Source: an uncultured Spirochaetota bacterium (GTDB taxonomy: Bacteria; Spirochaetota; Spirochaetia; SZUA-6; Fen-1364). Taken from it: a DNA stretch of 64,000 nt. This document shows positions 54,485-63,412 of the stretch, piece by piece (positions within the stretch are counted from its first letter, which is position 1; the number at the start of each line of letters is the position of its first letter). The position numbers were made by a program, and so were the translations under genes. Below the pieces are notes generated by a model. That model saw only the letters and a program-made list of their open reading frames with translations, had not been told where the DNA came from and did not search any database. The stretch is taken from positions 800,001 through 864,000 of the forward strand of contig CAWJSK010000012.1 in assembly GCA_963845535.1 (NCBI GenBank). Direction: 5' to 3'.

Positions 54485-56080
54485 GTGAGCGTCTCCCTCC
54501 CTCGGGCCAGCGGGATCATCCTTCATCCGACCTGCCTCCCCGGCCCGCATGGCATCGGGGACATCGGCCCCGCGGCGCACCGGTTTCTCGGTTTTCTTTC
54601 CCTCGCCGGACAATCCCTCTGGCAGGTGCTCCCCGTTGGGCCCACGGGGTTCGGGGATTCCCCGTACGCCTGTTTCTCCTCTTTTGCCGGGAATCCCCTT
54701 CTGGTAAGCCTGGAAACCCTGACGGAATGGGGTCTCGTGAGCGCGGAGGACTTGCGCAACCAACCCGCTTTCCCCGATGACAGCGTGGACTACGGTCCCG
54801 TCATGACGTGGAAAATGCCCATCCTGCGGACGGCAGCAGCGCGGTTTCTGGACCGCCTCAGGGACGGCCGGCCTGAAGCTCCGAAGCGGGAAAGGTTCGT
54901 CGCCTTCCAGGCCGCGGAGGCCGCTTGGCTGGAAGACTACTGCCTGTTCATTGCGCTCAAGCAGGTCTTTGATGCCCGCGCGGCAGGCAAGGGTGAGCCG
55001 GGCGGCGCGTGGAATACGTCCTGGGACAGGGACATCGCGCTCAGAACACCTGATTCCCTCACCCGGTGGCGGCAGGAGCTGGCTCGGGAAGTCCAGATCG
55101 AATGCGTCATCCAGTTCTTCTTCTTCGAGCAGTGGAGCGCGCTCCGCGCGGAGGCTGGCCGGCTCGGGATACTCCTGGTGGGAGACCTTCCCATCTTCGC
55201 GGCGCCGGACAGCGCAGATGTCTGGGCAAACCGGGACCTGTTTCAGCTCGACGCGGCGGGGCGTCCAACGGTCGTGTCCGGCGTGCCTCCCGACTACTTT
55301 GCGAGGACGGGCCAGCTCTGGGGCAACCCGTTGTACGACTGGGATGCCCTCGGCCGCCAGGAGTACCGGTTCTGGGTGGACAGGATCCGCTCGGCGCGGA
55401 AGCTCTTCGATTTCGTACGCATTGACCATTTTCGCGGCTTCGAGGCGTGCTGGACCGTACCCGCCGGAGAGAGCACGGCGGAGCGCGGTCGGTGGATGAA
55501 GGCGCCCGGTGTCGCCCTTTTCGACGCGCTCCTGAGCCAGCTCGGCAAGCTCCCTCTCATTGCAGAGGACTTGGGCGTCATCACTCCCGACGTGAATGCT
55601 CTTCGTGAACGTTTCGGCTTTCCCGGAATGCGCGTCCTCCAGTTCGCTTTCGACTCGGTGGAGGCCGGCTCGCTGAATGCCGGCAACCGTTTCCTCCCGC
55701 ACAATCACACGCCGGATTCCGTGGTCTACACGGGAACGCATGACAATGATACGACCCGGGGATGGTTCGTCAAACGCACCGCGCGGGAGCGCGAGTACCT
55801 GCGGAGCTACCTCGGATGCGCCGGACCCGAGACGCAGCCGAAGGCGGACGCGCAGATCGAGTGGACCTTCATCCGCATGGCCCTGTCTTCGGTGTGCAGG
55901 TTCGCGCTGTTTCCGCTGCAGGACGTCCTGGGCCTGGGGAGCGAAGCGCGCCTCAACACTCCGGGCACCAGCGGCGGAAGCAACTGGAGATGGCGGTTCG
56001 CGCAAGGCGCGTTGACCCGGGAAAGGGCGCGAAGACTCCGGGACTTGAGCGCCCTCTATGGACGGATTCAAGAATCGTGA
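54485..56080 (+). CDS. malQ: 4-alpha-glucanotransferase (amylomaltase, GH77)
   Basis: RASGIILHPT.LP, WQVLP, GVPPDYF..TGQLWGNP, RIDHFRG, IAEDLG, YTGTHDNDT, NW.WR. Confidence 0.96.
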   Translation: MSVSLPRASGIILHPTCLPGPHGIGDIGPAAHRFLGFLSLAGQSLWQVLPVGPTGFGDSPYACFSSFAGNPLLVSLETLTEWGLVSAEDLRNQPAFPDDSVDYGPVMTWKMPILRTAAARFLDRLRDGRPEAPKRERFVAFQAAEAAWLEDYCLFIALKQVFDARAAGKGEPGGAWNTSWDRDIALRTPDSLTRWRQELAREVQIECVIQFFFFEQWSALRAEAGRLGILLVGDLPIFAAPDSADVWANRDLFQLDAAGRPTVVSGVPPDYFARTGQLWGNPLYDWDALGRQEYRFWVDRIRSARKLFDFVRIDHFRGFEACWTVPAGESTAERGRWMKAPGVALFDALLSQLGKLPLIAEDLGVITPDVNALRERFGFPGMRVLQFAFDSVEAGSLNAGNRFLPHNHTPDSVVYTGTHDNDTTRGWFVKRTAREREYLRSYLGCAGPETQPKADAQIEWTFIRMALSSVCRFALFPLQDVLGLGSEARLNTPGTSGGSNWRWRFAQGALTRERARRLRDLSALYGRIQES

Positions 56081-56135
56081 TACGGGAGTACCCGTTCGGG
56101 GCGAGCACGCCGTGCCGCGCTTCGCGCGACGCGGC

Positions 56136-56915
56136 TTAGTAAGCTCCTGAAGCTTTCTGGCCGGTCACCAGCAACACGCCCGAGCTCGTGCCAATCCTCG
56201 TAGCCCCTGCCCGTATCATCTGGACCGCGTCTTCAAAGCCCTTGACGCCGCCCGCCGCTTTCACCCCCATCTTCGGACCCACCGTCCGTCTCATGAGGGA
56301 AACGTCGGCCACCGTGGCGCCGCCCTTGTTGAAACCCGTTGAGGTCTTCACGAAATCCGCTCCGACCTCCTTGGCAATCTGGCAGGCAAGCACTTTCTCA
56401 TCATCGCTCAAGAGGCACGCCTCAATGATCACTTTCAAAACGATGCCGGCCCGACACGCCCGTCTCACGGAGAGCATGTCTTCCCGCACCGTCTTCAAGT
56501 CCTTGGCTTTCATGGCCCCCACGTTCATCACCATGTCGATTTCCGCGGCCCCGTTGGACACGGCCGTTCTGGCCTCGAACGCCTTTGCCCTGCTGTCCAT
56601 GGCCCCCAGCGGAAACCCGACCACGGCGCACACCTTCACTCCCGTGCCCCCGAGCTTGCGGGCGCAGCGCTCCGCCCAGTTGGAGTTCACGCACACCGAG
56701 TAGAAATGGTGCTTCGCGGCCTCCTCGCAAAGCTTGTCGATCTGGTCCTCGGTTGCCTCGGGCTTCAGGAGCGTATGGTCGATGAAGCGGGCAAGGTCCG
56801 CGGGCTGAAGCGAATCCGCCCCCGAGCCGCTCTCTGAGGACCCCGAGGCGCCTTGGGCGTGCAGGCGCGCAACCACCTCCGCGACGATCTTCTCGATCAA
56901 CTGCTTCTGTTCCAT
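56136..56915 (-). CDS. deoC: Deoxyribose-phosphate aldolase with N-terminal BMC encapsulation peptide
   Basis: IDHTLLKP, VVGFPLG, EIDMV.N, KTSTGF, VKAAGG, RIGTSSG; N-terminal LIEKIVAEVVARL helix plus Gly/Ser linker. Confidence 0.95.
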   Translation of the reverse strand: MEQKQLIEKIVAEVVARLHAQGASGSSESGSGADSLQPADLARFIDHTLLKPEATEDQIDKLCEEAAKHHFYSVCVNSNWAERCARKLGGTGVKVCAVVGFPLGAMDSRAKAFEARTAVSNGAAEIDMVMNVGAMKAKDLKTVREDMLSVRRACRAGIVLKVIIEACLLSDDEKVLACQIAKEVGADFVKTSTGFNKGGATVADVSLMRRTVGPKMGVKAAGGVKGFEDAVQMIRAGATRIGTSSGVLLVTGQKASGAY

Positions 56916-57388
56916 TACTCGGCAAAGCCTCCCCGCTCCAGGGCCATGATCTTGTTTATCCGCACCATGTGCCGTCCGCCGCCGAACCTCGTGGCAAGCC
57001 ACACTTTCGCCATCTCGCACAGCTCGCCCGCGTCGTGAAGCGGCCCGCCCAGGCTCAGCACGTTGGCGTTGTTGTGCTCCCGGCTGTTGATCACCGTACG
57101 AAGGTCGTAGCACATGGCGGCCCGGATCCCGCGGACCTTGTTGGCGGCCATGCAGGAGCCAATTCCGGCACCGTCCAGCACAATGCCGCGCTCGCAGTCG
57201 CCGCGTACCACCTTGCGGCACACCGCCTCCGCGATATCCGGATAGTCCACCTTCTCCGCGCTGAAGCAGCCCACGTCCACCACCCGGTAGCCCAGCTCCT
57301 CCAGGTAGCGCTTGAGCATCTCCTTCTGGCCGTACGCTCCATGATCCGCGCCAATCGAGACGCTGCGCACGTTGTCGGTCTCATTCAT
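56915..57388 (-). CDS. rpiB: RpiB/LacAB family sugar-phosphate isomerase
   Basis: IGADHG, DYPD, AANKV.GIRAA, REHNNANVLSLG, F.GGRH..RI.KI. Confidence 0.92.
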   Translation of the reverse strand: MNETDNVRSVSIGADHGAYGQKEMLKRYLEELGYRVVDVGCFSAEKVDYPDIAEAVCRKVVRGDCERGIVLDGAGIGSCMAANKVRGIRAAMCYDLRTVINSREHNNANVLSLGGPLHDAGELCEMAKVWLATRFGGGRHMVRINKIMALERGGFAE

Positions 57389-57665
57389 GCCTGTCCTCGA
57401 TATCAACACGATCCACGATCCCGCACGCCACCGTGCGGACGGTCACCGCGCCCTCATCTCCCAGCACGGAGCGCGCGGAGCCGCCTTCATCCACCACGAG
57501 CACCCTGTCTCCGACCCCGGCCTGTACGCCGTCAAGGGCCAGGAACGACCTCCCTGTCGGCTTGCCGTGCGGGTCAATGGGCTGGACGACGAGTATCTTG
57601 TATCCGCGGTACTGCGGGTGCTTCTCCGTGGACACGACGTTGCCCACCACGCGGGCAATGATCAT
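57381..57665 (-). CDS. BMC pentamer/vertex protein (EutN/CcmL)
   Basis: MIIARVVGNVVSTEK, A.D.VQAGVGDRVLV..EGGSAR, GIVD. Confidence 0.93.
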   Translation of the reverse strand: MIIARVVGNVVSTEKHPQYRGYKILVVQPIDPHGKPTGRSFLALDGVQAGVGDRVLVVDEGGSARSVLGDEGAVTVRTVACGIVDRVDIEDRHE

Positions 57666-57958
57666 TTCCGGCCCGCCTTCGGCGCGGCCTCGGCAACGTT
57701 GACCGCGTCCACGATCCCGATGATGGCGGCGTCCGCGGGATTGAACCAGCCGTTCGGATTGGCCTGCGCTGCTTCCTTGCCGGCCTCGAAGAAGACCAGG
57801 TCTCCTTCTCCCGCTCGCGCAACGTCGAAGGCCACGATTGCCGCTCCCGCCTCGGCGCCTTTTTCGTCCAGCGGTTGCACAAGGAGCAGCTTCAGCCCCT
57901 CGAGGCTTTCGAGTTTCTGCGTGCTTACCACCGTTCCAATGACGCGTCCAAGTTTCAT
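57662..57958 (-). CDS. BMC pentamer/vertex protein (EutN/CcmL)
   Basis: MKLGRVIGTVVSTQK, AG.GD.V, DAAIIGIVD. Confidence 0.93.
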   Translation of the reverse strand: MKLGRVIGTVVSTQKLESLEGLKLLLVQPLDEKGAEAGAAIVAFDVARAGEGDLVFFEAGKEAAQANPNGWFNPADAAIIGIVDAVNVAEAAPKAGRK

Positions 57959-59434
57959 ATGATTCGGAAGTAGTCCACGAGCGTGCATCGCCTCTCCCGG
58001 GTGAATGTGCGCGCCCGTGTCATCCCCTCTCCCGTGGGGCTGGCAATTGTGAATGAGGCGTACCCGGCGCCCCCTTCCCCCAGGCCAGCGTAGTTCGGCC
58101 CGTTCTTCACGAAGAGCGAGCAGTTCATCACCTTGGCCATGGCGGAGAGCTTCACGATGTCATGGGAATGGATGCTTGCCGTGTGGCGGAAGCCGTGCTC
58201 CACGCGCACGGCGAGCTCGATTGCCTCATTCACGCCGCGCATCCGAACGAGGGGGATCACGGGCATGAGCTGTTCGCTCCACACCATGGGGTGATCACTC
58301 GGCACGTCGATGAGCAGAATCCGCGTGTCAGCCGGCACGTCGATGCCCGCTGCCCTGGCAATGACCACCGGGTCCTTGCCCACGAGGTCCTTGTTCGGTG
58401 GACTGGCCTTCCCCGGACCCGCCGCCGCGGCTTGCGGAAGCGCCGCTCTGGTAACCGCCTCCGCTTGAGCGCCGGTGAGCTCGAAGGCGCCGTTCTTCCT
58501 CATTTCCTCTTTCAGCCGGTCCGCGATGCTCTCCACGGCGAGGATTTCCTTTTCATCCGTGCACACGACGTTGTTGTCGAACCCGGCGCCCGCCACGATG
58601 TCACGACCGGCTTTCACGAGGTCCGCGGTGGCATCCACCACGACCGGCGGATTGCCGGGGCCCGCGCAGATTGCCTTCTTCCCGCTTCCCATGGCCGCCT
58701 TCACGACGCCGGGACCTCCCGTTACCACGAGGAGCGCCACACCCCTGTGCTTCATCAGCTCTCCGGCGCTCTCGATGGTCGGAGAGGCCATGGCGCACAG
58801 CACGTTCTGCGGGCCGCCCTCCCGGGTGATTGCGTCATTCAGCATTCCCACCAGGCGGCAGCTCACCCCTTTTGCGCCGGGGTGAACGTTGAACACGACG
58901 GCATTCCCGGCGGAAATCATTCCGATGGAGTTCGACGTAATGGTTGCAAGAGGGTTCGTCACGGGCGTGATGGCGCCAATGACTCCGTACGGCGCGCGTT
59001 CCATGATGGTCAGTCCATGCTCATCCGAGTACGCCGCAGGCTCGACGTCCTCCACGCCGGGCGTCTTTCGGGCAGCGAGGCTGTTCTTCGTCTTCTTGTC
59101 GCGGACGTTCCCCAGCCCGGTCTCGGTGACCGCTTCGCGGGAAAGGGATTCATTGGCTTCCAGCACGGTGGCCCGCATGGCTTCAATGATCCGCCGCCTG
59201 ACTATCCAATGGCAGCGCAACGAGCTCTCGCTGCGCAGCAGCGGCAGCCGCGACAGCTGAGTCGATGTCCGAAAATATCCCATGACCCAGGGAGCCGGAC
59301 GCCCCCGGCCGCGCGCCCTGAGGCGCGTCCAGCGCGGTCGCTCCGCCTCCCTGGATATCGCCAAGAAGAGCCGCCAGGTCAGTGGATTTGAGCACCTGCT
59401 CCACGATCTGGCGGATGTCGTCTTCGAGTGCCAT
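57955..59434 (-). pseudogene. BMC CoA-acylating aldehyde dehydrogenase (EutE/PduP-like) with encapsulation peptide; 1-nt insertion near 59203-59205 (possibly a sequencing error)
   Basis: N-part MALEDDIRQIVEQVL..GIFSDIDSAV.AA..AQ in one frame; ETGLG, PYGVIGAITPVTNP, TGGPGVV, GPGNPP, FDNNVVC, EQLMP, TIASPTGEG in the next. Confidence 0.9.
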
Positions 59435-59450
59435 TCTTTCTTCCCTTGCG

Positions 59451-59741
59451 CTACTCTGCCCTGTAGAGGGCCTGCCCCGCGCCGTGGATCGCGTCCACAA
59501 TCCCCACCACCAGCGTGTCCATGGGTCTGTCATCCGTGCGCCGGGTCCAGCGGCAGCTGCTTCCCTGCGTCAGGAGCACCAGCTGCCCGCGGTCCGCGCC
59601 CACCATGTCCAGCCCCACCAGATACTCCCCTTTGCCTTCCCCGCGCTGGGTGCACTCCTCCACCAGGAGCCATTTTGCCCCATCAATGTTGTCCGCGCGC
59701 TTCGCGGCCACCACGGTGCCGCGCACCCGGGCAAGAGTCAT
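59451..59741 (-). CDS. BMC pentamer/vertex protein (EutN/CcmL)
   Basis: MTLARVRGTVVA, D.VGA..G..VL..QGSS.R, D...VGIVD. Confidence 0.92.
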   Translation of the reverse strand: MTLARVRGTVVAAKRADNIDGAKWLLVEECTQRGEGKGEYLVGLDMVGADRGQLVLLTQGSSCRWTRRTDDRPMDTLVVGIVDAIHGAGQALYRAE

Positions 59742-59754
59742 TCCGCCCCCCGTA

Positions 59755-60060
59755 TCATTCCGCGGCCTCGTATTTCTGGTAGGTAAGCTTGCCGTCCTTC
59801 TCGATGGTGTCCACCACGGCAATGATGGTGGCGTCCGCGGGCTTGCCCTTGGTGGCCTCCGTCATGCGGGCGCTGGATCCCGTGACGTAGAAAACCACCT
59901 CCCCCGCGTTCGCCCCCACCCCGTCGATTCCGACCACATACTCTCCCTTGCCGGCAAGAGTGACGGCATCGATTTTTTCCAGGAGGAGGAATCTCATCCC
60001 CTCCATGGATGATGGTTTGTGCGTGGAGACAACAGTTCCTTTTACCCGCGCAAGCACCAT
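59755..60060 (-). CDS. BMC pentamer/vertex protein (EutN/CcmL)
   Basis: MVLARVKGTVVSTHK, D.VGANAGEVV..VTGSSAR, DATIIAVVD. Confidence 0.94.
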   Translation of the reverse strand: MVLARVKGTVVSTHKPSSMEGMRFLLLEKIDAVTLAGKGEYVVGIDGVGANAGEVVFYVTGSSARMTEATKGKPADATIIAVVDTIEKDGKLTYQKYEAAE

Positions 60061-60074
60061 GATAGAGCCTGAAC

Positions 60075-60386
60075 CTACTTCTTCCCCGCCACGGCCGGCC
60101 TTCTGCCCAGCGGCAGCGCCGCGTCCACGCCCTCATGCGGCCGGGGGATGACGTGGGTGGAGACGATCTCTCCCACCTTCTCCGCGGCCCGGCTTCCCGC
60201 CTCCACGGCGGCCCGGCAGGCCGCCACGTCCCCGCGGACAATCGCGGTCACGTACCCGCCCCCGATCTTTTCAAAGCCGACAAGGTCGACCTTTGCCGCT
60301 TTCACCATGGCATCCGCTGCCTCAACCATTGCGGCAAAACCCCTCGTCTCGATCATCCCCAAAGCTTCAAAGCCGTTGTCAGCCAT
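60075..60386 (-). CDS. BMC hexamer shell protein (BMC-H, PduA/EutM-like)
   Basis: [39 protein letters not shown]. Confidence 0.96.
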   Translation of the reverse strand: MADNGFEALGMIETRGFAAMVEAADAMVKAAKVDLVGFEKIGGGYVTAIVRGDVAACRAAVEAGSRAAEKVGEIVSTHVIPRPHEGVDAALPLGRRPAVAGKK

Positions 60387-60402
60387 AGAACGCCTTCCTT
60401 CC

Positions 60403-61044
60403 TTATATCCGCGCCGCCGTGGCGGGAATCTCCCGGCCGCTCAATCCCTCCAGCCTGGACTCCACCACCTTGCGCGCTTCAATCACCTCTGCCTCATCCC
60501 CGGCTATGTAGACGCGTCCGAAAGCCCCGAAGCCCACAACCTCGATGATGTTCACCTTCGAGGTCTTCTCAGCTTCGTTGGCCGCGTAGTACGCGTAGCC
60601 CGCGGGCTCCACTTCCAGCACGTACAGCGTGTCCCCGCGCAGCACCATGTTCCCGTGCCGCACCTTGTTGATGAGCTGCGCGTGATGGTCGGTGATGTTC
60701 TTGATGAGCTGGCTCGTCAGCACGCGCGGCTTCAGGCGGTCAGCCTCGGTCTTCTTCAGCTCGCGAAGCACGGCCTCCCCTGCCATGCGCGCATCCCCCT
60801 GGCTGTCGGAGTGCACCTCGAGCAGTCCGTACGCGCGTTCGACGATCTGCAGTCCGGGGGTGACGTTTGTGGCCTTCAACGCAATGTCTGTGAGCCTGTT
60901 GATTTCGATCCCCGGGGCTATCTCCACCACGCAGCAAGCCTGCATGCCCACGGGGTAGTAACCCTTCGAGATCGTTGCAATGAAGGAGGCATTCTGGAGT
61001 TGAAGCGAATCAAGGAACACGTACGTTCTCAGGTCTACTGCCAT
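60403..61044 (-). CDS. BMC trimer shell protein (CcmP/CsoS1D-like BMC-T)
   Basis: [64 protein letters not shown]. Confidence 0.93.
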   Translation of the reverse strand: MAVDLRTYVFLDSLQLQNASFIATISKGYYPVGMQACCVVEIAPGIEINRLTDIALKATNVTPGLQIVERAYGLLEVHSDSQGDARMAGEAVLRELKKTEADRLKPRVLTSQLIKNITDHHAQLINKVRHGNMVLRGDTLYVLEVEPAGYAYYAANEAEKTSKVNIIEVVGFGAFGRVYIAGDEAEVIEARKVVESRLEGLSGREIPATAARI

Positions 61045-61047
61045 GGC

Positions 61048-61365
61048 TTACCCCTTCCGTTCGGAGCGCCCGAGGGGAAGCGCCTGATCCACGGACGTGT
61101 GCGGCCTCGGGATCACGTGCGTGCTCACGATCTCTCCCACCTTCTCCGCGGCCCTGCTTCCCGCTTCGACCGCCGCGCGACACGCGGCCACATCTCCTCG
61201 GACGATGGCCGTCACGTACCCGCCGCCGATCTTCTCAAAGCCCACGAGGTCCACCTTCGCCGCCTTCACCATCGCATCAGCGGCTTCCACCATCGCCGCA
61301 AAGCCCCGGGTCTCGATCATTCCAAGCGCCGCTCCCGCGCCCGCGTCAAATCCGCTCTCCGCCAT
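61048..61365 (-). CDS. BMC hexamer shell protein (BMC-H)
   Basis: Core identical in protein sequence to 60075-60386; AAGGAGG RBS. Confidence 0.96.
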   Translation of the reverse strand: MAESGFDAGAGAALGMIETRGFAAMVEAADAMVKAAKVDLVGFEKIGGGYVTAIVRGDVAACRAAVEAGSRAAEKVGEIVSTHVIPRPHTSVDQALPLGRSERKG

Positions 61366-61400
61366 GATTCCTCCTTCCCGCTCTATGAAACGTGAATTGC

Positions 61401-61434
61401 ATAACATTCTATGGCCATATATGTTATATGTCAA
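61401..61434 (-). promoter_or_regulatory. BMC operon promoter TTGACA-N17-TAGAAT overlapped by inverted repeat ATAACAT-N13-ATGTTAT (candidate DeoR operator)
   Basis: -35 at 61429-61434 and -10 at 61406-61411 on the minus strand; arms at 61401-61407 and 61421-61427. Confidence 0.75.
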
Positions 61435-61509
61435 GCAATTACAAAGCAATTTGTTAATATTTGCTACTAATCTTTTCTTTATTTAACATTCGTGATACGC
61501 TATCTCAAG

Positions 61510-62286
61510 ATGAATAGAGCTGATCGATTGAATGCGATCATGCAGACGCTGCAATTAAGCCGGGCGGCAAGCGTCCAGGAGCTTTCCGAGCAGCTCAAGG
61601 TCAGCCACATGACCGTTCGGCGGGACCTCGCCTCTCTCGTGCAGGAGGAAAAAGTCCGTGTCCTTCATGGAAGCGTCATCCTGCATCCGAAATCTGACGT
61701 CCGTCAGAACGAAAGCTACTATTCGCTCATTGCCGCCGGAGCCGAGCACCCGGATCTCAAGCGACGGATCGGCCAGCTTGCCGCGTCGCTGATCGAGCCG
61801 GAGGATACGTTGCTCATCGACGTCGGCTCGACAACCGAATACCTTGCAAAATACCTGCCCGAGAGCATCCCCTACACGGTGCTGTGCTTTTCCCTGAACG
61901 TCGTCTCGGAGACCGTCCGTCGAAAGAACTGCAAGACGCTTTTCGCCGGAGGGCTGTTCCATGAGAACACGCTCATGTTCGAGGGCCCCGAAAGCCTGGA
62001 CATGATAGGCAACTTCAGGGCCACCAAGGCCTTCATATCGGCTTCAGGTGCCAACGGCCAGTTCGGCGTCACCTGTATGAACGGCTACGAGCGGGAGACG
62101 AAGAAGGCGATCATCCAGTCCTCCATGAAAAAGATCCTGCTCGTGGATTCGTCGAAGTTTGGGGTGGTGCGGTCGGACTATTTTGCAAAGCTCTCCGATT
62201 TCGATGAGATCGTGACGGACGCAGGCATACCGACGGAATACGAGGAGCTCATCAGGGGCCTGGGCATCGTCCTGCGCGTCGCCTGA
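61510..62286 (+). CDS. DeoR/GlpR family transcriptional regulator
   Basis: ELSEQLKVSHMTVRRDL, KRRIG..AA.LI, IDVGSTTE, KAFISASG, VDSSKFG; divergent from the BMC operon. Confidence 0.95.
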   Translation: MNRADRLNAIMQTLQLSRAASVQELSEQLKVSHMTVRRDLASLVQEEKVRVLHGSVILHPKSDVRQNESYYSLIAAGAEHPDLKRRIGQLAASLIEPEDTLLIDVGSTTEYLAKYLPESIPYTVLCFSLNVVSETVRRKNCKTLFAGGLFHENTLMFEGPESLDMIGNFRATKAFISASGANGQFGVTCMNGYERETKKAIIQSSMKKILLVDSSKFGVVRSDYFAKLSDFDEIVTDAGIPTEYEELIRGLGIVLRVA

Positions 62287-62340
62287 GCGCCTGCGCGACA
62301 AACGCCTGCCCACCAGACCAGCCGTGCGTTGGCGGGATTC

Positions 62341-63399
62341 TCACTCCTGCGCCAGCAAGCACGCTTCCCGGGGAAACCAGACGTTGATGCGCTCCCCCAC
62401 GCCCGGCAGGGCGAGGTGCGGGTTGTTGAAGGTATCCAGGAACAGCTCGCTTTCCTCCACGCGGAGGAAAATGCGCACGATTGATCCAAGAAAAACCACG
62501 TTCGTCACGTTGCCCGTCAACTGGTTGAAATCCGAGTGGCCGTTGGTGAGAGAGATCATTTCCGGCCGCAGGGACAGGCTCACGGCCTCCCCGGCGGCAT
62601 GCGCGAGGGGCGCGGGGGCTGCTACCTGCTGGCCCTGGATGCTGAGCGTCCCCGCCGCGGGGTCCACGACCTCGGAGGCAAGGACGTTGAGAGATCCGAT
62701 GAAGGAAGCCACGAACGCCGAGGTCGGGCGGTTGTAGATCTCCCAGGGGGTGCCCACCTGCGCGATACGCCCCTCGCGCATGACCACGACCTTGTCGGAA
62801 AGGGAAAGCGCCTCCTCCTGGTCATGCGTGACGTAGATCGTCGTGATCCCGAGCTGACGCTGGATGGAGCGGATCTCTTCACGCAGGCGCACGCGAATCC
62901 CGGCGTCAAGCGCTGAGAGGGGCTCATCGAGGAGCAGCACCCGGGGCTGGATCGCGAGCGCCCGCGCAAGGGCTACTCGCTGCTGCTGGCCGCCCGACAT
63001 CTGGTGGGGATAGCGGCCTTCGAATCCTTCCATGTGGATGAGGCTGAGAAGCTGGCGTACCCGCTCGCGGATCTCGTGAGCCTTTTTTCCGGCAACGCGA
63101 AGACCGAAGCCGATATTCTGCCCCGCGGTCATGTTCGGAAAGAGTGCGTAGTTCTGAAACACCATGCCGACACCGCGCCTGTGAGGCGGCACCTCCACGA
63201 CGTCAACGCCCCCAATGCTGATTACCCCTTCCGTAGGGGTCTCGAACCCGGCGATCATGCGCAGCGTCGTAGTCTTTCCGCACCCTGATCCCCCCAGGAA
63301 GGACACGAGCTCCCCTTCGGCCGCCTCCAGGCTGAAGGAGCTTACCACCGTTGTACGGTCGAACCTTTTTGTCACGCGCTGCAGCTCGAGGAACGCCAT
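62341..63399 (-). CDS. ABC transporter ATP-binding protein (PotA/FbpC-like) with TOBE domain
   Basis: GGSGCGKTT, GMVFQNYALFP, MSGGQQQRVALARAL, LLDEPLSALD, VTHDQEEA. Confidence 0.95.
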   Translation of the reverse strand: MAFLELQRVTKRFDRTTVVSSFSLEAAEGELVSFLGGSGCGKTTTLRMIAGFETPTEGVISIGGVDVVEVPPHRRGVGMVFQNYALFPNMTAGQNIGFGLRVAGKKAHEIRERVRQLLSLIHMEGFEGRYPHQMSGGQQQRVALARALAIQPRVLLLDEPLSALDAGIRVRLREEIRSIQRQLGITTIYVTHDQEEALSLSDKVVVMREGRIAQVGTPWEIYNRPTSAFVASFIGSLNVLASEVVDPAAGTLSIQGQQVAAPAPLAHAAGEAVSLSLRPEMISLTNGHSDFNQLTGNVTNVVFLGSIVRIFLRVEESELFLDTFNNPHLALPGVGERINVWFPREACLLAQE

Positions 63400-63412
63400 T
63401 TCACCCTCCTTC

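Noticed and set aside
2783..59185. Selenocysteine readthrough or programmed frameshifting at the split genes
   Set aside because: The downstream halves are in a different frame rather than past an in-frame TGA, and no canonical slippery heptamer is present at the junctions.
56136..61365. Carboxysome, Pdu or Eut microcompartment
   Set aside because: No RuBisCO, diol dehydratase, ethanolamine ammonia-lyase or glycyl-radical enzyme; the signature enzymes are DeoC and RpiB.
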